Below, one piece after another: positions 23,848 through 34,333 of a stretch of DNA of 44,052 bases (position 1 is its first letter; each line of letters starts with the position of its first letter). The DNA comes from Phoronis australis (Eukaryota > Animalia > Phoronida): positions 22,913 through 66,964 of the forward strand of contig NMRA01000761.1 of assembly GCA_002633005.1 (NCBI GenBank), read 5' to 3'. Below the pieces are notes generated by a model. It was not told the origin of the DNA and did not search any database. It was given only the letters and a program-made list of their open reading frames with translations. The translations under genes and the position numbers were made by a program.

Positions 23848-24386
23848 TGTAGTAATAGCTGAGATTACCGACCCGGGGATCGAACCACTGACCCCCATAA
23901 AACCGGCAAGTGTGCTAACCATTCAGCTAATAGGCAATTGCCCGTAAACGAGTAGCTAACAGAGGCTCATATGATTCCCCGGAAGCACATCTACAACATT
24001 CCCACCTTCCCTACGGAACGGGCACGCCACCAGGAATGTGAACACCTGAGGATGTCTCCCATACAGGTCATCAACGTCCCTTGGTACCTTTACGATCACA
24101 ACACAGGTGAACACAAGGTAGTCTCTCATACAGGTCCTTGACTCCTGGAACCTTCCATGCGCGCCGTCCCGAGGTCCGTGGGTACTAGTTGGCAGTGCTT
24201 CATCGGTAGATCATCCGTTTGCAGACTACGCCATTTGTAGTAATAGTCGAGGTTACCCGACCGGGAATCGAACCAGCGACCCCCATAAAACTGGCAAGTG
24301 TGCTATCCATTCAACTAATAGGCAATTGCTCGTTAGCGAGTAGCTAACAGAGGCTCATATGATTCACGGGAAGCACATCTACAACA
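23848..24386 (-). mobile_element. Complete TRIM (miniature non-autonomous LTR retrotransposon, 539 bp) with tRNA-like sequence in both LTRs
   Basis: 151-bp direct repeats at 23848-23998 and 24236-24386 (~89% identical by hand count) with TG...CA termini. PBS TGGCGTAGTC two nt after the 5' LTR (24224-24233). PPT AGGGAAGGTGGGAA abutting the 3' LTR (~23999-24013). A and B boxes in each LTR. Confidence 0.9.
23866..23935 (-). promoter_or_regulatory. tRNA-derived Pol III internal promoter in the LTR (A box TAGCTGAATGG 23929-23919; B box GGTTCGATCCC 23886-23876); second copy at ~24255-24323
   Basis: Boxes fit the TRGCNNARYGG and GGTTCGANTCC-type consensus with tRNA-like spacing. Stems are degenerate, so not a functional tRNA. 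Confidence 0.75.
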
Positions 24387-24625
24387 TCTATATAGAAGTA
24401 GAAAGGACCAATGATGAAAGTAAGCGCCTTTTTAAGTGATAATTTTAAGTGTGGAATGTATTTTTGACGAGGTGAAAACTCAAAATCGGTAACCCGAATT
24501 CGGTCGCCGCCCGTTTAAACAACATGTAACGAAATACGTACAGAAAGCGAATGGAAAACATCAGTATTGTTGTATTGTATTTGTAGCGGCCAACCGAGGC
24601 GAGGGCTACTTCGTGTTGCCTAAGA

Positions 24626-24762
24626 CGTTCAGCAACGCTAGGACCTCGGTAGCAAGCAAGACTTTGCGAGATTGCGTGATATATTGCCGTGTATTTCAAA
24701 TACAAACACGTGATTTCGGCTAGATTTAGCGAGGTCCTAGCGTTACTGGTTGAACTCTACCC
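24626..24762 (+). mobile_element. ~135-bp MITE-like repeat, third locus of the 2151/5109 family
   Basis: Inverted arms agcaacgctaggacctcg and cgaggtcctagcgttact; ends gaactctaccc; shared core. Confidence 0.7.
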
Positions 24763-25299
24763 TGCTAACACCGTCACTTGTAAAAGCTCACCGTGTTCAC
24801 GTTTTCCCATTGGCCAACAACAGGAAGTACTTTTAAAACGAGAGACACCTATCGAGAAGCTGTGAAATCGTCGTGAGTAATCCGAACAAAGGCGGTCTCT
24901 GGCGGTATGACCGCAAGAGTCGATCCAACCTGTTAAAGTTTGTTGTTTACATGTGCGATAAAAGATGCCTAGTCTCCGGCGTAAACGCCCATTAAAACTA
25001 AAGCACGTGCAACACACAAGTAAGCATGCCACTTCATTTGACTAACTTACTTGATCAACAGCATCGCTATACGGACTTGGCGGAGAAGCCTGCCGTGTAG
25101 CCCGGTACTATTGCGTACAAGTAGTGGGTAGTACTAATCTGTTTATTTATAAGTCGGTGAACTTTAACAATGAAACCTTAGCACGAGTGATATTATCCGA
25201 CAATTTTTCAAAATCTACAAAATGAAAATACAGAAGCCTAGAATACAAGCTAATTCAGCCTACAGTACGAGAATATGCAGAACTTAAAAATAAATATAA

Positions 25300-26870
25300 A
25301 ATTACACATACATGTTATGGGGCATGCAGACATCCGTAGCGGTTTTCACAAGAGCAGTTTTCAGAGAACAAATCATGAGCAAGAGTGGCAAATTCATTTA
25401 AGGCAGTACATTGTCTCGTTGCTGATGTCCGGCAATGACTCGGTTCCACAGCAAAGTACCTTCATGGGAGATAGAGTTACGCCCGTACAGGTCATGGTAT
25501 TAAAGCGTTTTACATAGAGACGGTTTTCACCTCTGAGACCGTATCCAGACTCTCTAAACTCAAGCTTTCCTGACAAAGGACAGGGTCTAATAACATGAAC
25601 AGTTTTGAATACTTCAATAGATAAACATTTCATCCGCCAGCTAGTTAGAGAGCAGCTCCTAGCCTTATCTAAGAGTTATGAGTAGCTTGACTAGCTGTCA
25701 TTGAACACAAATTTTAAAGCACGGTGTTGTATCTTTTCCATTTTCCTACTTTTCTGTATTGATCCCCCTAGGTGCCATTGAACGAGGGGGCAGTGATTAA
25801 AGTATGATCTGATAAATGCCTAATAAGCTTACTGTTAGTGCCTAAAACAACGAAGACGGGACAATTAAGGCATTCATTTGTCTAGAAGCTTTTTCGCAAA
25901 TAACATCAACGTCAGTGCTCATGGAATTTCAAATGGCTGTCAAGTTGGACACCCATGAAGCAGCTTAACAGACTCTTCACATTCAATCATAGTATCACCA
26001 CCATACATGAGATACCTATCAATATTATGTACACGATTCCTAGAAAAGATGATCGACTTGAATTTACCAGGGTTTACAGCCATTCCATTAGATGAGAACC
26101 AATCCAATGCCATCTGCCCAGCTACCTTGAGGTTGAGGCGAACTGCAGATAGAGAGGAGCCTGCTTGCAACTTAAGAGGGTATAATAGTCATCAGCGTAA
26201 TTATATAACTTACAGTGACCGCTTATAGCGTAACATATATCATTGATAAAAATTTCAATAACATGGGGCCTCAGACAGACCCTTGGGGAAAACCATTGGG
26301 TATATCTAATCAGTCACTGACAGTGGAGCCAATTTTCACTCTCACCCTATGATCACAGATATAGGACATTATGAGGTTACATGTATTCAATGTGCAGCTA
26401 TAGGCTTTTAGTTTGGCAACAAGGAGCTCATTGGGGAGGCAATCAAAAGCCTTAGACAGATCAATTAGTATGCACCCAGCAAATAAATTATTATCCAGAG
26501 CTAACCTTACATCTTTAGTTGGATGCAACAAGACATCCTGACAAGAAAAACCTTTACGGAAAGCACATAAATTTAAAATTTCGTCAAAATGTAGTTTCAA
26601 TAGTTTCAATTGGTCCAGGATAAGTCGTTCAAAAACTTGGTTGACAGCTGTTAGCACGTTAACGGGTCTATAACAGGAATTATCCATTCGGTCCCCTTTC
26701 TTAAATACTGGACTAACCTGACTTTTTTCAACAAAGAGAGATACTCATTGGAGGCCATACACTCGTTAAATATGGGTGTTAAGGACTTGCATGAGCTCCA
26801 TACCTGAGGAATCTTGGATGTAATGAGTCATAACCCATCGATTTATTGCATGTAATGCCCTTCGAACTGC
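25300..26870 (-). mobile_element. Decayed CR1/L2-group LINE reverse transcriptase fragment
   Basis: Motifs in several frames: YRPVNVLT..FER, AFRKGFSC, IDLSKAFDCL, GFPQGS, NYADD (~26188-26202), WFSSNGMAVNPGK, YGRNSISHEGTLLWN. Multiple frameshifts and stops. Confidence 0.9.
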
Positions 26871-28023
26871 TTAGGCAGGACGTCGTTTTCAGTGACAGTT
26901 GAGAGGCTGAGGACCCTTTGTATCGGTCGTTCTCTTCACTTTTGGAAAGAATCGAGGTGACACTCGGATGAGAAGTATAGAATCATTGAAAGAGTTTAAA
27001 TTTGGAAACTAGGAACTGATTAATTCCACTGTTTTAAAAAGTAACTATTAAAGATTTCAGTTAGCTTATCAGCTTCCTCCGTGACAACTTGACCATTTTC
27101 ACACAACGTAGACTGTTCACATACAAATGAGCACTGGTAAGCGCTCGGCTACCATTGATACTATAGCATATGAAACTTACAAAGAGCTGTAAAAAATCTC
27201 GTGAAGCCAAATCAAATTTATATCGGAAATCAGTTGTATCACTAAATAGAACTACGTGCAAAGCTTCCGGCACTGAGGTCGAGCCTGAGTGCGCTTCAGT
27301 GGCCCAAACAGCTAGTAAGCTTGTTGAACTCACTCAATATCAAGTTTGTCACAGAATATCTGTTTTGAATACATGTGCTTTGCATACTAATCTACCCATT
27401 GCTGAACATTCAGGCGCCTATTAAAAAGCTGGCAAGACCGGGGCTGGGCATTGTTAGTCGCCTGGCGTGAGCAAGCAGGGTACGGACGCCGGGTAGTACG
27501 CAAGTAACGTCGTCACCACGTCAAACATGTGGCAAAACCTGGGTCGGTTCATCTGAGACAACACGTTCAAGCATCACGTCCAGGAGCTAGAAGTTAACAA
27601 GCATCGGAAAGTGGAAAGAGCATCGACCTACGTGATGAGCATGATCACGTGACCAAGCCTTGCCGTCTGCCTTGACGGAGATGCCAGTAATATTAAGTCA
27701 CAGCTGTTACTTGATATTTAATATTTTCCGAAAGACAATCGACAACTGGACGACTGAAATACGTTTTAGCTAGTTTAAACCTGTACTGCTAGTACACGAA
27801 TGGTTTATCATGCTATTTTGGCGTTTCTCTTAGATTAACATGTTATGTTGTCATAGACTGCTACTCCTCGTGCGTCTCGAGACTTCATCGTTATCATTAC
27901 TTTACTTAAATAATTAGAACTTAAGCGAACTTTTTGAAATTCTGTAGATAATCTACGACCCAGAAGAGTGAAGGTGGTTTAATGTCTTTTGCGGTGCGTC
28001 AGACGGCGTAAACAAGACCGTAT

Positions 28024-28181
28024 CAGGGGCGGATCAAGGATTCTGAGTTAGGGGGACCAGGGCAAAGTACTAACCAAGATTTTGCCAGTCAGACATTTGC
28101 ACCCCCGAACTGCCAAATGGAATCTTGGAGAATTTTAGAAGGGGCCATGGCCCCCTTGGCCCCACTCTAAATCCGCCACTG
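28024..28181. mobile_element. MITE with CAG(G/T)GGCGGAT termini, related to 15490-15725
   Basis: caggggcggatc ... aatccgccactg; internal ggggccatggcccc palindrome; TSD decayed. Confidence 0.7.
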
Positions 28182-28713
28182 AATATTGTTAGGCCCATTG
28201 CACGAAACATCTTAGCTCGTTTTACGCCATAGGGTGAGCGTTTTGCTTTAAAGGACAAAACGCTCTCATTTTTAAATCCTTAATTCCCACTGGTGGGCAA
28301 TGCTTATGCAAATCTTCTCACTTCGCTATTGCGTCTTTCCCCATCCGACCTACTCATAAAATTACACTGAAAAAATGGAGCTTGAAAACGGTGATTGTTT
28401 ACAAAAGGATTGCCCGTTCCATTGGCGCAATAACTCAGCACAATGCTTGACGACATCTCGAAAAGTCCTGCGTCCTCTCCGTTGCGTTGTCGCGAATTTC
28501 TCTCTTCTCAAGAACGAAGCCCTGGTTTTATTACTTTACTGATTATACTTTTTGCCAAAGATTGCATTTAAAATGACAAAGTGTTTACTTCGGTGGGAGT
28601 TAAATTATTTCCGTGTAATCGCAGATAAACCGATCTACACCATTAATCACTATTGCCGATTTGACACAATAATTTTAATGACTGTCTGGGGATACGCTTC
28701 TGCTTTTTAAAAG

Positions 28714-28797
28714 ATGATGGCGATTGACCAGAAGTTGGCTAAAGCTCAATATTACAGTAATTCTTCACTTACCAGTGCTGTAGTGATAAAATTAGAG
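28714..28797 (+). CDS. Possible first coding exon of a divergent, unidentified gene (MMAIDQKLAKAQYYSNSSLTSAVVIKLE)
   Basis: aagATGATGGCG start, 28 open codons, consensus AG|GTAAGT donor. Octamer ATGCAAAT (28306) and a reverse CCAAT (28421) upstream. No downstream exon identified. Confidence 0.3.
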
Positions 28798-30567
28798 GTA
28801 AGTAGGCGCTAAATGCCCACCGTATCACCTTGAGCACTGAATTTTAAAAGTGCACTGAATTCGCACTATAACGTAACTTACATTGCGTATGCGCTACGTT
28901 TAAATGCCAAAAGGTGGTTGGCTGCGCCTACGTGCGCCTACGTCCCACTACAACACTACTTATTTCGAACAAAATAATTTCCAAAATTGCAATTTTTTGT
29001 TTTTCAAATAACAGTGGAAACTTTACCAAACTTTGTTTTTTTACAACTTCACAGCTCAAAGCATGCTAGTAATAGACTAAATTTATCCTAATCTCTATTT
29101 TGTGAAAGGATTTGACAAAATAGAATTCCAACCGTTGCCAATATTGCACGCTAAAAGTGGAGATTTGTCGTACAAAACACCAAACCAGTCCTTTGGGGGG
29201 ACATACTTATCAAGAAAACTAATTAAATAAAACCATGGCTGAAGCTGAACGCAGAATCGAAACTGAAAGTCTCACGATTTTATTTTAAAGTTCTGCCTGC
29301 TTTTAACCCTCAAACCATCCCTATTATGAGCCTCGTTTTCATTTAGTTAATTTGCTTCATAATTTTGTTGAATTTGCCATTTTTGTGAAGTAGTTAGTTA
29401 TTCCCTTTAATTGTAACCTCAGTAATTAGTTTTACACTGGGTTGTTGTTTAAGATTTGAGCGATGCTGTACACGTAGTTAGTCATTTATTTGCGCATCAT
29501 AGTATACTTCCCGTGTACTACAATTAAGCTAAAGTTCGCTTACGAAGTAAATTGTGGTGGTGTTCATTTTATTATCAACTTGTTAGGTAGACAAAACGTA
29601 TTATTAAACGCCCACGGGAAATCTTGTGAGAGTATTTTAATGATAATTCCATTTTCCATGTAGCTGAAACCATTTGACGCATTTTATATCTTTGGAGTTT
29701 GAAACGATCGCGTAACAGGATATGCTATGTTAATATCGTTGGCCTCTTCCATTCATTGTTGCTAGTCTAGAAAGTGTTTGGCAATAAAATCGCATCTTCT
29801 TTCAAGAGAATTAACTTTTGAGCTGGTTCACTAAATGTTAGAAAGCTGGACTGAGTTCCGTAAACCGCAAAACATCAGTCGTCACCCGGGAACGGAAGCA
29901 TTAAATTCGATCTAATAATTCAACACAACGCCATTTTGCAAGGACTTGGCAATGAGTGGTTAACCGTTTATCCTCTCTGTGCTAGTGCGTGCTGTATTAC
30001 AAGTTATCTGACTAATACTTCCATTGGCTCTTTATTTTTTCAACTTCGTCATATTTTTAATAACTGAGACCGTAGAGAGGGAGACAAATCTCCCAAAGAA
30101 ATCCCAATGGACGGCCAGAGGCGGACATGTTGTTTCACGGACCGTAGCGACGTCGAGCTGGCGTATGCTCCGTCTTTGACAATAATTATTTATTTCCACA
30201 CCATTTAGCAAATCCAAAATTTTTACTCACTAAGTTTCTGGTTCTTCTTTATGCCATTGCATGCCTGCGTCTGTAACTCTTATCTGAGACTACATATATG
30301 CACGTCGCTAGTAGAAAAGCAAATGGATTTATTGGCTAATAGTGTTTAAGATTGATTGTAATGACTGTCCGATGTTGCTGCGTTTGCAATTTCAAAAATG
30401 TGAACTTGCATAAAGGTAGTCTATAGAGTACAAGACGAGAAATTAAATGCAAATTTTAGTATTACCGTGAATACCGCGTAATAAAGCTTTGGTGAAAATT
30501 GTATACAGTTCGACGGAAAACGAAGACAAAACGAGGTTCCATCGGACTGGGAGTTGTGCGTCTGCAT

Positions 30568-30725
30568 CAGTGTTCGAACTCCAGCAAATATAAATGTGCT
30601 GGCCCGCAGACCAGTTAGTCTGAAAATTTACTGGCCCGGGTGCTAAGTTAACTTTTAAAATTTGCTGGCCCTGCCGCAAATCCCCTGGCTTCGGGACACC
30701 GGGCCAGCGTGTATTTCGAACGCTG
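30568..30725. mobile_element. hAT-type MITE, 158 bp
   Basis: TIRs cagtgttcgaa / ttcgaacgctg; perfect 8-bp TSD GTCTGCAT (30560-30567 and 30726-30733); internal ctggccc repeats. Confidence 0.9.
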
Positions 30726-31308
30726 GTCTGCATGAGAACGAATGCTTCGAGTCGCCTCTGTGACTTTGTGTTAACGAACACAGCAAGTTGCGAACAGAGA
30801 TAAATCCTTACCCAAGTTCATTAATTTGATAGGTAATTTGACATTTCGTTGCGAGGTGATTTGTCTTAAAAGACAAACTAAAAGACTAATCGAAAATTCT
30901 TAGCAGCTTTTTGAGGAAACTGGTGAAGTTTTCATATAAAAAAGTTTCATGAAGATCGCCTTAGGGGTTATTTTGATATAAATGCATCTCTCTTATGAAA
31001 TGATAAAATGAATTTCTGACTTCTAAAGGTGTTAATATATCAATAGTAATCATGGCACATAAATATAAACCATCATATTTTTATAATCCCTGAAATTTTT
31101 CTTTCAGAAAATATACTCTTCTACTAGTTGACAAGGCCACTAAATAAGGTTTGAGATAACCATCATAAGTTTCGCCTAAGAATTTATTTCTACTCCACTA
31201 GTCGGACCGTGAACGGTAAACGCCGGAGAGTGCCACAAGAGAGTATACATAGTTGCCAATATTTGGAGATAAAAATGCTGCCTCTTATCCGGCAAATGCC
31301 TGACTCGG

Positions 31309-31479
31309 CATGGGTGGCGCAGCCGACTCAGAAAAAAGTGGGGGCTATAGCCGGCCGGGCCCGCTGAGCCCCCAGCCCCTCCGTACGTGGTGCACCGCCC
31401 GGCGTAGACCAAGGACGGCGAAGCACTGAAAAAAGTAGTGGGATCTAGCCCCTCAGCCCCCTATGGTGCGCCGCCCATG
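31309..31479. mobile_element. GC-rich MITE, 171 bp, 5-bp TSD (Transib-like signature)
   Basis: TIRs catgggtggcgca / tgcgccgcccatg; perfect TSD CTCGG (31304-31308 and 31480-31484). Confidence 0.85.
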
Positions 31480-31564
31480 CTCGGCAAGTGACAGCCCGGC
31501 TGCCCGGCAACCAGTCCGCTGGGGCGGGGGCGCCGACTGTGAGTGGAAACAATTGGGGCGGATC

Positions 31565-32557
31565 NNNNNNNNNNNNNNNNNNNNNNNNNNNNNNNNNNNN
31601 NNNNNNNNNNNNNNNNNNNNNNNNNNNNNNNNNNNNNNNNNNNNNNNNNNNNNNNNNNNNNNNNNNNNNNNNNNNNNNNNNNNNNNNNNNNNNNNNNNNN
31701 NNNNNNNNNNNNNNNNNNNNNNNNNNNNNNNNNNNNNNNNNNNNNNNNNNNNNNNNNNNNNNNNNNNNNNNNNNNNNNNNNNNNNNNNNNNNNNNNNNNN
31801 NNNNNNNNNNNNNNNNNNNNNNNNNNNNNNNNNNNNNNNNNNNNNNNNNNNNNNNNNNNNNNNNNNNNNNNNNNNNNNNNNNNNNNNNNNNNNNNNNNNN
31901 NNNNNNNNNNNNNNNNNNNNNNNNNNNNNNNNNNNNNNNNNNNNNNNNNNNNNNNNNNNNNNNNNNNNNNNNNNNNNNNNNNNNNNNNNNNNNNNNNNNN
32001 NNNNNNNNNNNNNNNNNNNNNNNNNNNNNNNNNNNNNNNNNNNNNNNNNNNNNNNNNNNNNNNNNNNNNNNNNNNNNNNNNNNNNNNNNNNNNNNNNNNN
32101 NNNNNNNNNNNNNNNNNNNNNNNNNNNNNNNNNNNNNNNNNNNNNNNNNNNNNNNNNNNNNNNNNNNNNNNNNNNNNNNNNNNNNNNNNNNNNNNNNNNN
32201 NNNNNNNNNNNNNNNNNNNNNNNNNNNNNNNNNNNNNNNNNNNNNNNNNNNNNNNNNNNNNNNNNNNNNNNNNNNNNNNNNNNNNNNNNNNNNNNNNNNN
32301 NNNNNNNNNNNNNNNNNNNNNNNNNNNNNNNNNNNNNNNNNNNNNNNNNNNNNNNNNNNNNNNNNNNNNNNNNNNNNNNNNNNNNNNNNNNNNNNNNNNN
32401 NNNNNNNNNNNNNNNNNNNNNNNNNNNNNNNNNNNNNNNNNNNNNNNNNNNNNNNNNNNNNNNNNNNNNNNNNNNNNNNNNNNNNNNNNNNNNNNNNNNN
32501 NNNNNNNNNNNNNNNNNNNNNNNNNNNNNNNNNNNNNNNNNNNNNNNNNNNNNNNNN
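31565..32557. other. Assembly gap (993 N)
   Basis: Run of n. Confidence 1.
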
Positions 32558-32558
32558 G

Positions 32559-33010
32559 TGAAATCACGCCTGTTGACGAACAAAAAGTCCAAGGGACGCA
32601 AATCTTACAAATTTCACTTGATATTTTCTCATGCTATTTTGCAAGTGTCACGCGCCAGGTCACGCGCCAGATCTCGCGCTTCGCTCAGTCTCGCGCTAGC
32701 CTTTGCCTCTTACTCACCTGACTCAGTTGAAATACTTGATTGTGGTAATCGCGCGCGCGGACAAAGTTAACAGTAACCACAAAGTGGAGCTGGAATTTTT
32801 CGCCTAAGTCACCTGAATTCCCGTATATATGCTTCATCGAAGATATGTTTAGAAGCAGAAAGAGTCACTGAAGAAAGTAAGAGCCTTTTAAGTGCTAATT
32901 TTAGGTGTAGAATGTAATTTCAACGAGGTGAAAACTTTACCAGTGAGCGGATTTCGCCTACCGCCCGTTTAAAATACACGGGACGAAATTAGTACAGAAC
33001 GCGATAGAAC
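32559..33010 (+). mobile_element. Paralog of the 23575-24555 repeat; provides the empty site for the TRIM (~32837)
   Basis: gcttcatcgaagatatg|tttagaagc here versus gcttcattgaagatatg[TRIM]tctatatagaagt. Confidence 0.8.
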
Positions 33011-34050
33011 GTAGTGTAGTACGAATCTGAAGTTCATTTGCCATAACAGCAATGCTTTTGGGCATTTTTCGAACTAAACGGCTAAAAACTTGAAGACAAT
33101 AACAGAATACACTCTGCTACCGTATTGGGCAAATGACCAAATGACAAGCTTTTGTCCCACTTCCCGTGATGTCACAGTTAAGTCTCACATAATCTCGCGT
33201 CATTGTTATAAACTCGCAAAAGGCCTATTGTTCTTTCTTCTAATAGTAATACCATTCACGGTGTCCTGCTCAAGAGAGATCGCAACAAATTCGCGGTCAA
33301 AGCACAAAAATTATCCCATAAAGCCCATGCGTATTTCCAACTTTAACGGTTCGAAACTTTAACGGTTCGAGGTTAAGGACAGTACGGCAATTGCCGATTT
33401 CGTAGGTGTTGTGTGACTAGAGTGGCACTCGACCGTAGTCTTGACAGAGAATAACACTAACTGTTGGAGAGCGACGGAGACCTGCTGGGTTTGCGAAGAG
33501 CACCACCTGGTGTGTGGCTGAGACATCTGTCGCTGCAGTTTGTCACTTCGAAGCTCCCACTGCTGAAGTCAAGACGGGCTCTGGCATTACCTGCGTTGTG
33601 AGCAGTGATCTATTGTGTAGTAAATAGTGACTTCAATTGCATATATACGGACAACCGCCATAGAGAGTAGCCAGGTAAGGCTGAACTTGTAACCAGTCTC
33701 AATACAGACAGCACACAACATAACATTCCATGATGAACAGGCACCTTTAAGTAGCCCTCTACAATATTATATAATAAAGAGAAAGGTACTCAACTGACGT
33801 TCAATATGGCTGTCTGCCGGCCACTTCAGGAATAACCCCAAGCATGTCAAATCTGAGAGTAATTTAACTCAAACATTTTATCTGCGACAGCAACACGTTC
33901 ATTGCTTCCATTTGTTGACATCGAAACCAATAAATATCATAAATACCTCCAGATCTTCCTAGTTCAATCATCAACATTCACGACAAAGCAAAAAGCAAGA
34001 AGGCTTCATATCAGTTTCGTCTAATGCGCATGCTCATAAGGCCCCTCGCG

Positions 34051-34333
34051 ACATCTTCAGAGCGCTTAAATCAACTAAAAACAGCAACATTATTTATATG
34101 TTACTCTATGAGCACGTTGATTGGGTACAGCAAAAATAGGTCAAACTTTCAAGGGGCCTTCCAAAGGTCATAAAGGTTGTGTCAAAAAGTGTCGACTTAC
34201 AGGGCCACAGACAACCCTGCTTTTTGACATGCTCATGCGAGGTAGTATGACATATTCGTAAATTACTGTCAAGAACCTCTGCGCTTATTATAAATAATGT
34301 TGTTTTTAGTTGATGTAAGCGCTCTGAAGATGT
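34051..34333. mobile_element. MITE-like foldback with ~45-bp inverted arms
   Basis: acatcttcagagcgcttaaatcaactaaaaacagcaacattatttata versus the reverse complement of 34288-34333. No TSD seen. Confidence 0.75.

Larger units (their letters stand above)
23575..24555 (+). mobile_element. Interspersed repeat (unclassified) hosting the TRIM insertion; paralog at 32559-33010
   Basis: 23575-23847 and 24387-24555 align colinearly to 32559-33010, which lacks the TRIM. Confidence 0.8.

Noticed and set aside
23866-23935. Functional tRNA gene (and its copy at ~24255-24323)
   Set aside because: A and B boxes are present, but the acceptor and anticodon stems are degenerate and both copies lie inside LTRs.
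25940-26687. Active or domesticated reverse transcriptase gene
   Set aside because: Multiple frameshifts, stops and deletions; it is an ordinary decayed LINE.
31453-32770. Five long ORFs of 357-435 aa in the track
   Set aside because: They are artefacts of translating through the 993-N gap.
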